The position numbers and the translations under genes were made by a program. This document shows positions 19,401-32,300 of a stretch of DNA of 64,000 bases, in pieces (within the stretch, counting starts at the first letter, position 1; each line of letters begins with the position of its first letter). The stretch is from a virus. Its lineage: Duplodnaviria > Caudoviricetes. The notes beneath the pieces are model-generated. The model did no database searches. It saw only the letters and a list, made by a program, of their open reading frames with translations, and was not told the DNA's origin. The stretch lies in the IMG/VR virus record IMGVR_UViG_3300014205_000008, positions 1-64,000 of that record, one strand, 5' to 3'.

Positions 19401-20290
19401 TTTCTAATAGAATCCGTAATACCCTGTGATGATTGATTACCATATTTCATGATAACATCATTCATTCCTTTAAATACTTTATTAAACGATCTTCCTGTTT
19501 TCCAATCAATTATAGAATGAGTTTTGTCAGAATGTTTTACAAGCATATCAATTGTACCAGCTAAACCAAATTCATCAGAAGAAACCGTGACTTCAGAAAA
19601 TATTTCATCTCTTAACACATCTTCTTCGCTCGTTAAATCATGAAAATAATTTATACCAACATTATTAAAAATCTCTTCTATTACACCTTTGTTTTCTATC
19701 CATTGCCAGTTAAAAGGTAATCTTCCTTTTTCATCCTGAAACTTAGCAATAATAGTGTCCATTTTTAATTGAATTTCTTCTATTTTACTTGGATTTATAA
19801 ACTTTTCTATTGCTAAATGGATTAAAGTACCTTTTGCGGCACCCATATCATATTGTCCTTGTAAATAATTGACGTATTCTTGAAAGGTTTGTACTATTCC
19901 AACATCAGTAACCATTTTTTCATCAACAGGAGTAGATCCCCAAAAGGATTCTGCTTTTCTTAATGCAGGACTTTTGTCTTTATTAGCTTTAGATGAAAAG
20001 TTTTTAATAAAATTACTAATTCTATTAAATGTTTTAGATCCTTTACTACCATCTTTATTTATAACAACATATTTATCTGTTTCTTCGCCTTTGTCATCAA
20101 GAATAACCTCAACGTTTTCTCCAAAATCTAAAGAGCTTTTCTTTATATTATTTACCACATCACTATTTAAAGCCGGAATCTCGTAGCCGTTTTCAACAAA
20201 AGCCTCCATAGCAGAAAGTCTACTATTATTTAACTCTTTTACTAAATCTTGCCATTCTTGTGAATTTATATTTGGGCAACTTGTTTTCAT
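16451..20290 (-). CDS. Large virion cargo protein with N-terminal PD-(D/E)XK nuclease domain
   Basis: KGTLIH..E..GLAGTIDML..IIDWKTG..QLALYA; hydrophobic helices near the C-terminus; follows the vRNAP gene as in crAss-like phages. Confidence 0.75.
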   Translation of the reverse strand: MKTSCPNINSQEWQDLVKELNNSRLSAMEAFVENGYEIPALNSDVVNNIKKSSLDFGENVEVILDDKGEETDKYVVINKDGSKGSKTFNRISNFIKNFSSKANKDKSPALRKAESFWGSTPVDEKMVTDVGIVQTFQEYVNYLQGQYDMGAAKGTLIHLAIEKFINPSKIEEIQLKMDTIIAKFQDEKGRLPFNWQWIENKGVIEEIFNNVGINYFHDLTSEEDVLRDEIFSEVTVSSDEFGLAGTIDMLVKHSDKTHSIIDWKTGRSFNKVFKGMNDVIMKYGNQSSQGITDSIRNRSKLQLALYAVMLRSKNKNLQFRNLNLAWIPSEYNSVNKDPDMAVDVAAFIPMIESFLSDPILLKEAGLKPGIKDRLLQEDSNIFNPSVYSQAYNKTVVDEIKSGKMTPQDLLQDKLDRLKIITGRNLIYKELAPKDRKEAEVLMLEIDNLIKDPSIKDNDILYNDIDRLSMWIGNYSEMNHPMVQTWKAFKDKQLDKARKAAEYKKSKFRSLLRPVLEEYQKKNKIINILGNKAINSDELYKFMYVDQSVSEETSQTKERLLTSTEEDSDLQAKYNALSKSQKTLLDYVNEEFSSYFNGQGAFLNETATIIDGKNLSHLDLFNVNKEKKNKVSWSKGFFFKVPPTDDDIILRNGKGSELKGKFSKKTLGSLLYRYATFFREYQYEGWNDENQALPVKYMGNSFIDSSRAYTRNMEIIFSKAVENLEYKKYMDDTYALGKALQAKLEVEKTAEGQPAYKNLSKMFDLKLMQDIQRKSVIHNSRSRGVRIPMYTPNGWEQHKVSLDAVIRGLTKWASMNTMWLRPWQGTGNGVHAALLTHRDGLKGSISKIKLLGISGNGIDFGYGDIVKAEGLYFKDYIGAGIKNELKNSKMFLLAKEFDYFGNNFDYAEMEKTMLSSRNKFMNESSMYMFHSIPEEFVSLTTMAAQLLSMKNEVTGKSLYESYDTEEIKDENGKGTGEYKLVWNGGVRGYIQKGAGGSTYTEELRGLDSKEQAKIRKVHERLQGGYRKDEAALIEIYSAGKMMIHLKKYFPRLILNLYHSKRLETDLGYYKQMFDKEGKPVYKDENGKDIPVYEWIQKLTEGRAITLVNVMFRLLSLGTANKDYKWSELSDEQKQNVIEAMLTMAILLGTYGAYLQMFDDDDENDPRKKWFKMYLVDNLSQQYNVVDLVRTAKTVSNPVAIAKLSDFTVNGALMIASAANYAVGNEDAAFTKRGDLRGWNNFVKTIPLLSSYKDVMRKFENTKDENAWVHAFGTYDRTRLK

Positions 20291-20309
20291 ATATAATTAT
20301 TATTTTAAA

Positions 20310-20379
20310 GCTCTCTAAGAGCCTTTGTGTACTAAATGATATATTATACCACCCAATACACAAAGTACTCTTAAATCGC
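20310..20379 (+). repeat. Dispersed ~70-bp element, copy B (imperfect palindrome)
   Basis: GCTCTCTAAG...CTTAAATCGC; arms TAAGAG..TTTGTGTA / TACACAAA..CTCTTA. Confidence 0.55.
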
Positions 20380-20398
20380 CTGTAATTGCGTTAAACTA

Positions 20399-23300
20399 TT
20401 AAATTCCGCATTGCTTTAATGCATTTATAAGATCTTCCTCTGTAATTTCAGTAGAACCATTTTCAAGTTGTCTGTCTACTAAATTTTCAAAAGCATCAAT
20501 ATTTAATGTGTAAACATCTGCAGCTAAATTTTGATTAACCATTAAATCACTAAAAGATTTATTTAAAAGATTTGCTATATTAACGTTTCCTTCAAATAAT
20601 TTAACAATAGAATTAATTAATTTCTGTAATAAAGTAGAATTATCAACTTTTATATCAACAAGTTGTTTTATAAAATCTTTATTAGTTAATCCATAAGCTA
20701 AGAACTCACCTATATCTTTAGCTTTAAAGAATTTAGGATTTGATTTGTATAAACTTGAGTTCTTGTATAGATTATATAATTCATTGGCTTCTTTTACAAA
20801 TGTTTGTTCTGGTTTAGTTAGAGGTAATATTGCTCCATTAGCAGCCCACTCATTAGATGTGTTTACCATATAGTTTAAATACCTATGTATTTCTTCATGT
20901 ATGATAATCTCATCTTTTGAAAATTCATTAAAGATAGTGTCATTAATTATAGTTCTAATATTTGATTCTATAATTCCTTCTTTAGATACCGTATTTTCAT
21001 TTAAGGTAACTCCTTGATATGGAGAATCTCTATCAATATTTATACGGTTACGTAAAGAAGAAACTCTATTGAGTAACAAGTCTGCTATAGGAGCTAATCT
21101 GCCATGAGCATTTGATACTTTAGTAAGTTCTTCACGAACACTTAAATCTTCAAAATTTTTGTAGTTAGGAAAGTTAATATACTTCTCCTCCTCTCCAATA
21201 TTTCCTAAAATCGTAGGTGGTTCACTAACAAGCTCAACAGAATACTTCTTATAGGCTTTACCGTCTTTCGTTTTGTTAGATGCTCCTTTAACTTTATAAA
21301 AGTATTTATCTTGTCTAGCTGGGTCCGCAAATGCAGTTAAACTAATCGTAGAACCTATTCTTAAATCATAATTAGTATTGGATAAAGCTTCATTACCTTC
21401 TTCTGGTCTACCAACAGTTATGTTTCTAATATCAGGTCTAAAGGCTTCATTCATTTTATAAGAGAATTCGTTTCCGCTTTTCCCTACAGAATAAATATTC
21501 TTTATACCTTGTCTAGCAACTTTCTGATAGTACATCATCCCAGTTTCAGGATCAGTATGTGTTTGTACATATACATCTACATAAGTATTTCCTGTCTTAG
21601 AAGTTTTTTCTCCACTTCTTACAAATTTAGGGAAGTCTTTATTAGTTTTTCTTACATCAATCTTACCTTCAGCATCACGTCTAGGTTCAGAAGAAAAGTT
21701 AGCAAAGATTGATTCATTATCAATAATATACATTTTGTATATGTTTTTTTCATCTATTTTTACTTTATCTACACTAGGAATAAAAGGTAACGAAGATGCG
21801 TTGTTAACAGAAACTTGAACTTCAAATAAATTTGATAATTCTTTAAGTTTAGTTTTATTAGCTAATACATTATCCATTAAATATTCAAATTGTATATGGA
21901 AGATTTTCATCATTCTCAAAGGAAGTACTTCGGCGTAGTTATTCTTACTATGAACTAATCCTTGCTCAAGAATTAAGTATCTCATAAAATCCTTCTGGAT
22001 CTTACTCAATTCCATAGTATACTTACTATTACCTAATTTATCTTTCTTAACAATTTTACCATTTACAACTTCATAATATAAAAGTTTATCAAAAGCATTT
22101 TCATAATCTATAATATCCTCGTAATCCATACTTGACGCAGGCGCAAAGTTTATAACTTTTTTTGCGTTAGCTCCATTACCCAATGATATTCCTGATACAA
22201 AAAGATTATCTTTGGTTGCTGGATTATTTTTCAATAAACTAACCGACTCAAACATTCTATCTAAAAAGGCATATTCTCCTTTGAGAACATTCCCTTTAGA
22301 TGTTAATCTTTCTGGTTCAGAAGCAAATCCTTTATAGGCAGGGTCCCACTTAACAGAAGACAATAAGAACTTCATAAATTCTTCTGTCTTTTTCTGATCA
22401 TCTTCTTCAGGATCTTCAGCGTAAGAGATGTCTTTGTTTTTATAGACTTCTTTTACAGCAGTTTTAATTACTGGATTATATCTATAAAACATTTCTTCTA
22501 GCTTAGTATTTGTCTTCTCTAAAGCATCATAAGCAGCTTGTACGTGTGGTAACTCCTTAAAGAAGTTTTCTACATCAATAGGGAATGTGCTATCTTTACC
22601 AAATATATTATTCTTTGCATTAAGTATCTTTTCAATATCAAACTTTGTAACAGGGAATTGTTTTATAATACTTAGTACTTTAGAAATTTTTGATATAGCA
22701 TCACCAATATAAAGAGCCTTATTGAATAAGGTAAAGAATTCATATTGTTTATATACGTATTCTAATTCTTTTTCAGTAAGTTCTTTTTCATCTTTCTGTT
22801 TTTTAAATATATCTTCTAGTGATAATTCACTTCTGATACCAAATTCTCCAGTTAAATCTCTAGAGTTTATTCCTTCAGAAGGTTTTTCAATTATACCATT
22901 ACCTAATACAGATAGGAAAGATAATTTTAAATATTTCTGTCCCCTTCTACCTTTCTTGTTTAAGACTTCAGCAAACTCTTGTGAAAACAATTGTAGCGAA
23001 GTATCTAAATCAACTCCAAAACCTCTTAATGCTATAAAAGCTTTGATATTATCTTTTGTCATATTGACATTAGGTAAATCTTGCTCATTAACATTGTCGA
23101 TTGCAGAGTTAAGAAAAGCATCTTGGTCTTCCCATAATTTTTTATCTGATTGTAGTGTATCAAAATTTTGGTTATCTATAACAAAAGCTCTATTAATTTC
23201 TTCTGAAGATATAATCTTTGGATCACTACCGTCTTTTCCTGTACGCTGCATATAAGCTAATGATTTAATACCATTTGCAAATATACCTGTACCAGATAAA

Positions 23301-26300
23301 GCTTCAAAGGAAGAAGCATGTGTTTTTTGTCTGTCTAATATAAATGAAGAATCGTTCTTTCTAATCTTGCTCTTAGGTTTTATCTTAAGAATTTTTGTAA
23401 TAGCCTTTTTAATTTCAATCATAGAAATTGGCGAAGCCATTCTCATTCTATTCTCTCTAATTGTAATAGCCTCTAAGAAGGTATCTAAAATCTGATTCTT
23501 TAAGTATTTTGACTGTTCATCTACTGATAACTCGTTAAACTTATCTGAATTAATGAATTCATCATCAAACACGTACTGTTCGTTTTCTTTTTTATATCCT
23601 ATAGGATTTCCGTCTTTATCATATTCTCTCCTTATTACATATAAAGCATCAACATCATAGTCACTACCATGAAGGGCAACTATTTCTTTTGGTGCTATGA
23701 TTACGTTAGTACCTTGAGCATCATAAAAGCCTACAATCTTTAAAGGAATTGCAGAGTGTAATTCAGATGAAGGAAGCCTAAATCCAAGTAAATCTGGATA
23801 TAAAAATTGTTCTGGTGTATCTTCTTTAGAATTTTCTATAAACTGTTCTAATTCTTTAGGCAACATACCTCTTGGAACTATAACTTCTGCATATAGAATA
23901 TCACCAGCATTTTCTTTATTACCAAACTTCTTTACCTTGTAATTTAGCTTTGCTTCTTTTCTAAGCAGCTCTTCGTTGTCTTTTAATATATCTGTACCAA
24001 AAGCAGTCTGTAAAACTAATTTAGACCCTTTAAATCTAACATTAACAGTACTCTTACTAATTAAAGACACAAGTTGTGTAGTTAATTTTGAAGAGATTGC
24101 AGGGTAGTTCCAAGGAGTTTTTATCTTACTAAACTTTTCAGTAAAGTGTTCAAAAATCTCACTAGTTCTTTTATTGGTTTGCCCATTTCTTAATACTCCT
24201 TTTATCTTTGATGTTTTACCTTCTTTAGTAGATAGTTCACTAAATATTTGATCAGAACCATTATTTATTAATTTTGATAATGCAGAGTAAACCTTAGCTG
24301 CTCTAGCTACATTGTTTTTCATTGTATTTAAGAAGTACCCTAATTGAGTTGGATTAGCAACGTCACTATCTGGATTATGAAGAGGGTTTAATTGTAATCT
24401 ATAATCTTTATTATATATCTCAAATCCAGAATCTTCTTGAATAAATGATTCTTTGTTGTTTAATAATTCTTTTACATCTGTTAAGATCGTAGGAGTTCCT
24501 ACTTTATTACCTGATGCAAATACAACTTCACCGTAAACAATATTTCCATCTTTTCCACCTTTACGCATCTTATCACGTAATACTCTTAAGGTTTCATATT
24601 TAGAGGTTAATTCATCTGTTAACACAACAGAAGAATATTTTAACATCCTAGGAATTTGATTTTCATCTATATGATAATAAGCTGGTTTAGAAACATTGCC
24701 TACTCCGTAATTAAGCCCAAATCCCGCAATTAATTCTTCTTGTCTTTCAGGCAACATAAATCCCTGTCCGTCAGTATATTCAAAAGAAGAATTTTCATCT
24801 CCGAATAATGATATAATAGAATTTATATCTTCTTCTGAAATTCCGAAACCTTCTTTTAATAAAGCCCTAATATCTGTACCCACATTAAATTTTTCATCAT
24901 CTAAAATAGCAATATTAGTTCTTTCAGGCATACCAACTTTACTATCTACGATTCCTCTAATTCCAGGAGAACTAGCCCCAGATAACCTTTTAGTTAATTC
25001 GTTTGCGCTTTTAAAGAAATTAAAAGGACCAGAGATTAATTGTGTTAATTGATTAGAATTTATATAATCGTTTACAACAAAAGCAGCGACAAGAGGTTCG
25101 ATTACTTCTTTCTCAATTAATTTTTGAGATTCAAAGATAGGATCAAGCTCTCCATATACAGCCATTGCATCATCAAGATTTTGAAATTCTGTCTTATAAA
25201 ATTTATTAATACGTTTTAATATATCATCTCTAGTCTCCCTAAACTTAATAGAGGGGCTTAAAAACTTAGAAGTTATAATCTTTTTAGTTTTCCAATCAAA
25301 CGTTTTTTCATAATTAATATTTGAAAAGTTTGCTGTTGGGAATAACACCTTATCTATAATACTTGTTATGTTATCGTTATTTAAGTTGTCTACCGGTATG
25401 GAAATTCCATAATCAATAAACTCTTGTGTTACTAACTTTGATTTTTCTATTAACAAGTTATATACATCATTTGAAATATCTTTAACAAAAGCTTGATCTG
25501 ACAAAGCAGCAAAAGCAGCATCTGATAATTCATAATGTGTAAATGTTCCTTTTGAGAAAATCTCAGTAGCTCCACCTTTCATCTTGTTATTGATAGCTTC
25601 ACCAAGTACATTAAAGTTTACTAACCTTCTCTTGTTACCAAGTTTTACTTTTGAAAAATCTTTCTGTTTTCCAATTTGAGTTACCATAGAATTTAAAGCC
25701 TCAATAGCCTTTAATCTATTTAATGGGGATACCCCTACAGAAATATTAGATGGTTTGTTAGAGATCGTATATAGATTCTGTGAGTACATTTTCCTAGCTG
25801 AAGATGACGCTGATAATGCTGCTATAAATTGAGCTGAAAAAGCTCTCTCCATATAGTTATCATATTGTTCATCTTTGTATTCAGTAGTATATGAATCACG
25901 ACTATACCCAACGTTTTCTGTAGTTCCGTCAAAGTCTTCTACTTGAAAGATAGAATTAATCCCTTTCTTAAAAATATTCCAACTAAAGTATTCAGATCCT
26001 GTTATAAAAGGAGGCAACTTTAAAGCGCTTAATCCATGATAAGAAGTTCCTTCAAATCCTGGAGACTTAACTCTATTCTTTAAATTATTCAATATAGTTT
26101 GTGCTTGTCCGCCTACCACATAATTATACTTTGTTTTTCCGCTTGCAGAAGTTACAGATGTAGCTCTTTGTACTCTTGAATTAGCCCCTAACAATTTAGC
26201 TAAGTTATTCAACAAGCTATTTGTAAGTTTTGCAACATCAGAAGAAAGTTTGTTTCTTATAAGCTCTTCTTCTTTCTGCGCATCTTCATCTTTATCAAGT

Positions 26301-29300
26301 TCTGAATTTACATCATTATATATCTCAGATAAAGCATTTGAATTAACAAATAACAGTTCTATGCTATTATATACATCATCTATTAAATCAGATGTAGTTG
26401 AAATATTATCTGTTAATAATGATTCTAGACCAAGTTTCTTTATAAAACTATTAATTACTTCTACTTTATCTTCCGCAGTTTTTACACCACGCATAATACT
26501 CTTAGTATAGTTTAATAATTCTATTGCAGTTTCTTTATTTTTCAATGATGTAAGAGCATTTTTAATTTGGTCTTTAATAGGAGAAACATGTGTTCTTCCC
26601 TTTGCACCAATAAACTTCATCATTTTCTTACCATTGTTATTAGTAATCTCAATAATCTTAATATCTCTTTCTCTTTGAGACAAGAAGTTAGAGAATACTG
26701 TTTTTAGTAAGTCTGCATTTTTATATTGAGAATATAGGTTAAACAAATCTTCCTTAGAAAATCTATCATTAGTCTCGTCTATAATTTTATTTATAAATTC
26801 TTTAGTCCTATAGTTATCTCTTGTAACTTCACTAAATTGTATTCCTTTAGTTGTTAAAGAGTTTTTACCTATTGCAAATAAGATGTCATGTTCTGCAGAA
26901 GGATCTTTTGTATATAAGAATGTCCCGTCTGTTAAGAACTTAGCGTCACGCCTTACTTTGTTTTCATTTACATAACCTAAAGAAACGTTGTTATACAAAT
27001 CAATAAGTTGATTGCCAACAGCACGATACATTTTGTTCGTGTTCTTTTTCATCTTCTCATTAATCTGGTCTACAATATTACCAGTAGATTCATCAACACC
27101 ATTCATGATTTCAAGAGCAGCTATGTATGCAAACCTAGGATTAACGTAACCACCAATAGTACCGTTATCTTGTTTCCATTTGATGTTAGACATAAACTGT
27201 TTAGAAGCAGCGCTAATCTTACCTTCCATATTAACAGTATCCCAATCTATAATGTCATCAGCAATACTAATAGAAGTTTCTTCATCAAACAACTCATTAA
27301 CTAAATCATCTTCACTTCCAAAGTTCTTTATATCCCAAGTAGGATAAGCAAATTCAAAAATAGTATCAAAATGTTTATATGTTTTACTATATAGTTTGAT
27401 AGTCTTTTCAAACTTCTGTCTTTGAAGATCTAACTTATCATAAATGTCTTGAGGCATATTTGATAACATCTCAAGTTTTGCAAGTTGATTTATAATAGCT
27501 TCAAACTTAGTTTTGTTTTCAGAGATTCTTTGTTTTAAAGCATATTTAACCTGTTCCTTGATTTCATTTTTGGAAATAGGATACCCGTCAACTCCCTCGT
27601 TGTTTAATTTTGACATTGTATTAACAAGTGCCTTCTTAGCTAATTTAGCGTCTTCTGCTGTATCAAAAATAGTTTTTATAGCTGCAGTACGTCCACCAAT
27701 AGTATTTAATCCTGACTCTTTATATAGACCATTTGAGATGTCTCTAAATACAGATTCAATATATTCTCTATTGTCAGATACAAATCTAAAGAAGTCTCTT
27801 AACCTTGCAAACAATTTTTTAATAACATTATTGTCTGTAATATAATCTCCAGCTTTCCATAATTGATATTTCTCTGCCATGAACTCCTCAAGCTCAATAC
27901 GATCCATTATAAGTGTCTTAGGAAATTCTTTATTAAAAGCAGATTTAATTCTTCTTCTTTCTTCTAAAGAAAATCTTTCTGTATATACCTTATGGAAGAT
28001 TTCATGTTTAACAATATTCTCTCTAATACCACCATTCTTGTCAACTACTAAAGATATAACACCGTCTACATAAGAACCCCAAGCTTCAATAGATGAATCA
28101 CCTACTTGCTTAACAATACTTTCTACAAATTGTATCTGACCTTCTTTTATACCAGGAATTCTTTTCTTAATAAGTTTAACAACAGACTCTCTACTAAGAA
28201 TAGCTCCGAGATATTTATCTTCATCTTCTTTAGAATCAAATTCTCTAATTGTAGAAAACAAAATATCATCTTCATTATCTTTTAAGAAAGCTTCATTATC
28301 TTTTAATAATTGTTCTGCTTCACTCAATGCACTAGGAGTATTATCCTTTGGCGGTGTAGTTGTATCATCCTTCTTTTTTGCTACAGGTTTATCAATTTTA
28401 ACATTAAGAGTGGTAGGTATAATATCATCAAGTCTTGATTCTACTAAGTTACCAGCATCTTCATCTAAATTATCTGTACCAAGATCATTTATCTCAGACA
28501 AGTCAATAGGATACTTTAAAGTTGAACTTTCAATAGAATCACCTTCAAATCCTAACGCTTGTTTTAACGAACCTGTAGACAAAGCTTCACTCTCAATTGA
28601 AGTTCTAGCCTTCCACATTTCTTCTGGCGTGAAGATATTGTTATCTATAATAGCAGCTTCTACAACGTAAATAGACTCTTCATTCTTAGGGTCAATATAA
28701 TCTATATCAATACTATTCTCCATTAAAACTCTTCTCAAGAAAGAAACATATTCCATATTAGAAGTACCTGAAGACAGCAACGATTTCCCTGTTACAAATG
28801 AGTATGAGTTACTACTGTCTTTCTGTTTTATTGTTTTTCTAACCCTTATATTAACATCTCCTGGAGTTGCGTTATTCTTAGCTAATTTATTTAGTGAAAT
28901 CTGAGACATACCTTTCCCGGCAACCAAGTCTTTCTTTGTTAAGAATTTTCTTGGAAATTTCTCATCTGTCTTTTGATCTACTAATACTTTATTTCCATTA
29001 CCTTTTGTGTAAAGAGACCTAGCAACAACTTTACCGGTTTCTGTATCATATTTAAAGAACCTTTCTTTACTGTCTACATAATAAATTCCATCATAATCTG
29101 TATTCTCTTGATATTCTGGATTATCTATGAATTGTTCCTTAAATTCTTCTTCAGACATTTTAACGCTAACATTACCAATTCCGTAAAAGCCTTTTACTAA
29201 AGGCTCTATTATCTTAACAATATTATCAAATTGTTCCTGAGTTAATTCTGGAATAATCAATTTAGCTTCTGTTAATGATACTCTGTTACTTGTTTTTTCT

Positions 29301-32300
29301 ACAATAGAAGAACCATCTTCAGAAACTTTATAGTTACCTTTAAACTTCTTAATTAAATCATTAAAAGGTTTTGTTCCTAACTTTATATTATCGTCAGAAA
29401 TTATACTTTCAATTTTCTCTGTAGAATTAATAAATGAAAATATAGGCTCTAGTAAACTAGCGTCTTTCTCTTTATTAACCATTCTGGGAGATAATTTAAC
29501 GTATTGTTGGAAGATAGATCCATTACCATCTTTAGCGTCTCTCTGTATATCTATAATAAGATAAGGTACACCAGCTCTTACTCCGCCAAGTTTCTTTTTC
29601 TTGACTTCATTAGGTTTAAAGATTTTTAATTCTTTACTTAATATAGTAAACCCTCTTGTACCAAATACTCTTTCAAATATATCCATAATATTTGATACAA
29701 TATTATTTGAGGTATCTTTATCTTTCTTATACACATATGTTATTGGTCTAGGGGTAGTCGCAATAATTCCTGTTCCAACAATAGAAGATTGATTACCTGA
29801 TAATTTAATGTGTAATTGACCATTACCGCCAACAGCATTTGCTGTTATTAAATCATCATTTAAAACCTCATCTAATGTTCTACCGAAAAGATTTAGCGAT
29901 TCTTCATTATCTATTACTCCAACTCTAAAATAGGATTCTTGAGATATATCAGAACTATTTCTAGTAAACATTTCAACATACTTGTTCTTTCCTCTTTCAA
30001 CTTTAACATAATAAACTTTATCTCCTTTACTATAAGGAGTCTTTACTCCGTTACTTCCATCTTTTTCTCCAAAATTAGTAGTATGTTTTACATTATGTAT
30101 TACATCTCCATCTTTAAGATTGTTTACTTCAAAGAAATCATCAAAACTTTCGGATCCTATTTCAGAAATAGAATCATCTACAATCTCTGGTTCGTCTTCT
30201 TCGATAATAATCTCTTCTTCAATAGAAGTAGAAATAGTATTGTCAACATCATCTTCTTTCTGTTCTTCTTGACCTTTTACGGAAGGTTTAGTTTTTTCAA
30301 CTTTAATCCCGAACCCTTTCATTATATTAATATCCTTTGCAACATCTTTTAGATATTGGTCTTGATACTCATTTTTCTGTTTAACATTATTTTTTTCAGA
30401 TTCTTCAATTGAATCGGATTTCTTATTTACAAAGGTTCCTGTATGATCAAATATAAAAATGTATTCTTTAGCTCTCGATGTAGCTGTATACATAATTTTA
30501 TTTCTAGCGGTTGAAGCAGTAAGTTTTTGGCTATCAGACATTAAAGAACTAATTGCGTTTACAGAAGGATCTATATCTATAAACACATTTTCAAATGTTT
30601 TTCCTTGAACGTTTTGATATGTTAATATCTCTAAACCTGGAATAGTATCTCCAAGTAATGATTTGTACATATCAACATCCTCATCTCTACCAACAACTAA
30701 TACTTTTGTTCTACCGTTATCTTTATGAGTATTTAATTGATTAATTAAAGCTTGTTTTGTAAATCCTGCCTGAACTCCTTTTGCTTTAACACCTAAATCT
30801 TCTGACGCAGAAACAGTTATCCCTGAAACAGTATTCTTATTCATATGATACACATTTTGAACCTCGAGTACGGAGTTAATATCACTTCTAAAAGGAATAG
30901 TTAATGGAGTAATAATTGTTACATCTTTTAATTTAGTATTTCTTGAACTTTGAATTGGATTATCAAAATTCTCTTTTCTAACAATCTGAGTAGGATCACC
31001 TAAAGCAACTACCTTAAGCTCTTTAATTCTATTAGCAGCTCTATCTTTATTAATACTTTCTACAATAGAAACTAAGTTATCAAACTCTTCTTGTAATATA
31101 GCACCGATTTCATCTACAAATAATAACTCAATGTTATTAGCAATATCTGCTTTTACAATAGTTGAGATTGTTTTATCACTTACTGTACCTAAACTATCAT
31201 TAATAGTCTTTGTAGAAGAATCGTTATTACCTATTGCAAAGATGTTTTTAGAATCAACTCCAGCAAACTTAGCAAATAGTTTTGATACAACTGTAGTCTT
31301 GCCGGTACCAGCTAATCCTTTCATATAAGCAAATGAACCTAACCCATTACCCTTGTTCCCAGACTTAAACCACCGTAATAGCTCAAATATAGCTATGCGC
31401 TGTTGTCTTGACGGAGATAACTTTAATTCAGCTGTCTTCTCTGCTAAGGCATTTTTTTTCTCATTATTTAAGTACTCTAATGTATCTAAGTTAGAGTTTA
31501 CACTCTTCTCTATAGAATCAATAGATTCAATGAGCATATGTTGTTCTACAATACTAATTAACGAATCATAAGGTATTCTAGGAAATCCACTACCAATAGA
31601 CTTATTGCCATGTTTTAATGCATAATGTAATTCAGCAATATTATTGTTTAGATAATAAACATCTATAGGTCTAACATGTTCATCACCTTCTTCTCTATTA
31701 GGAAACTTCTCTAATAGTAAAGTAGGAAATGTTGAAGATGGGTTTTCTTTATAAGCCACTAAGAACTCATCTAACTTTTTAAGTAGATTAGCCTCAGCTC
31801 TATCTCTCGACTTAGTTACTGTAGGATTTGCTGCGGCAATTTCTTCTTTAGTATATGTAGGGTTTTCTTTAAGAGTTTGTTTAATATATTCTACTAGGTT
31901 ATCAGATAAACCGTCTTTTGTAGAGGTTAAGATAGACATTAAATTCTTTCTTTCGTCTACGTCAGCAGTTTTTATCTTAGCGACAAGTTTCTCTATATGA
32001 ATAAAGTTGTTATTATCTTCTACAAAATCATTCTTAATAGAGTTTACAAGATCACCTCCCATATACTTTGATAATATTTCAAAGATACTGTTATTCAAAA
32101 CAACTTGACCTCTTAATATACCATAATTAACCTTTGCATTATTATCTGCAGCAGTTTTATTATTTTGATTGTTTGTAGCAACCTTTAATATGGTATTAAG
32201 CATATTTCTCAATTTAGCCACTTTAGAGACGATCTCCTGACCTTTCTTTGAGTTAAGCAGTACTTGCCTTGACTCATGGTTTAACCCCGTCTCAAGCAAT

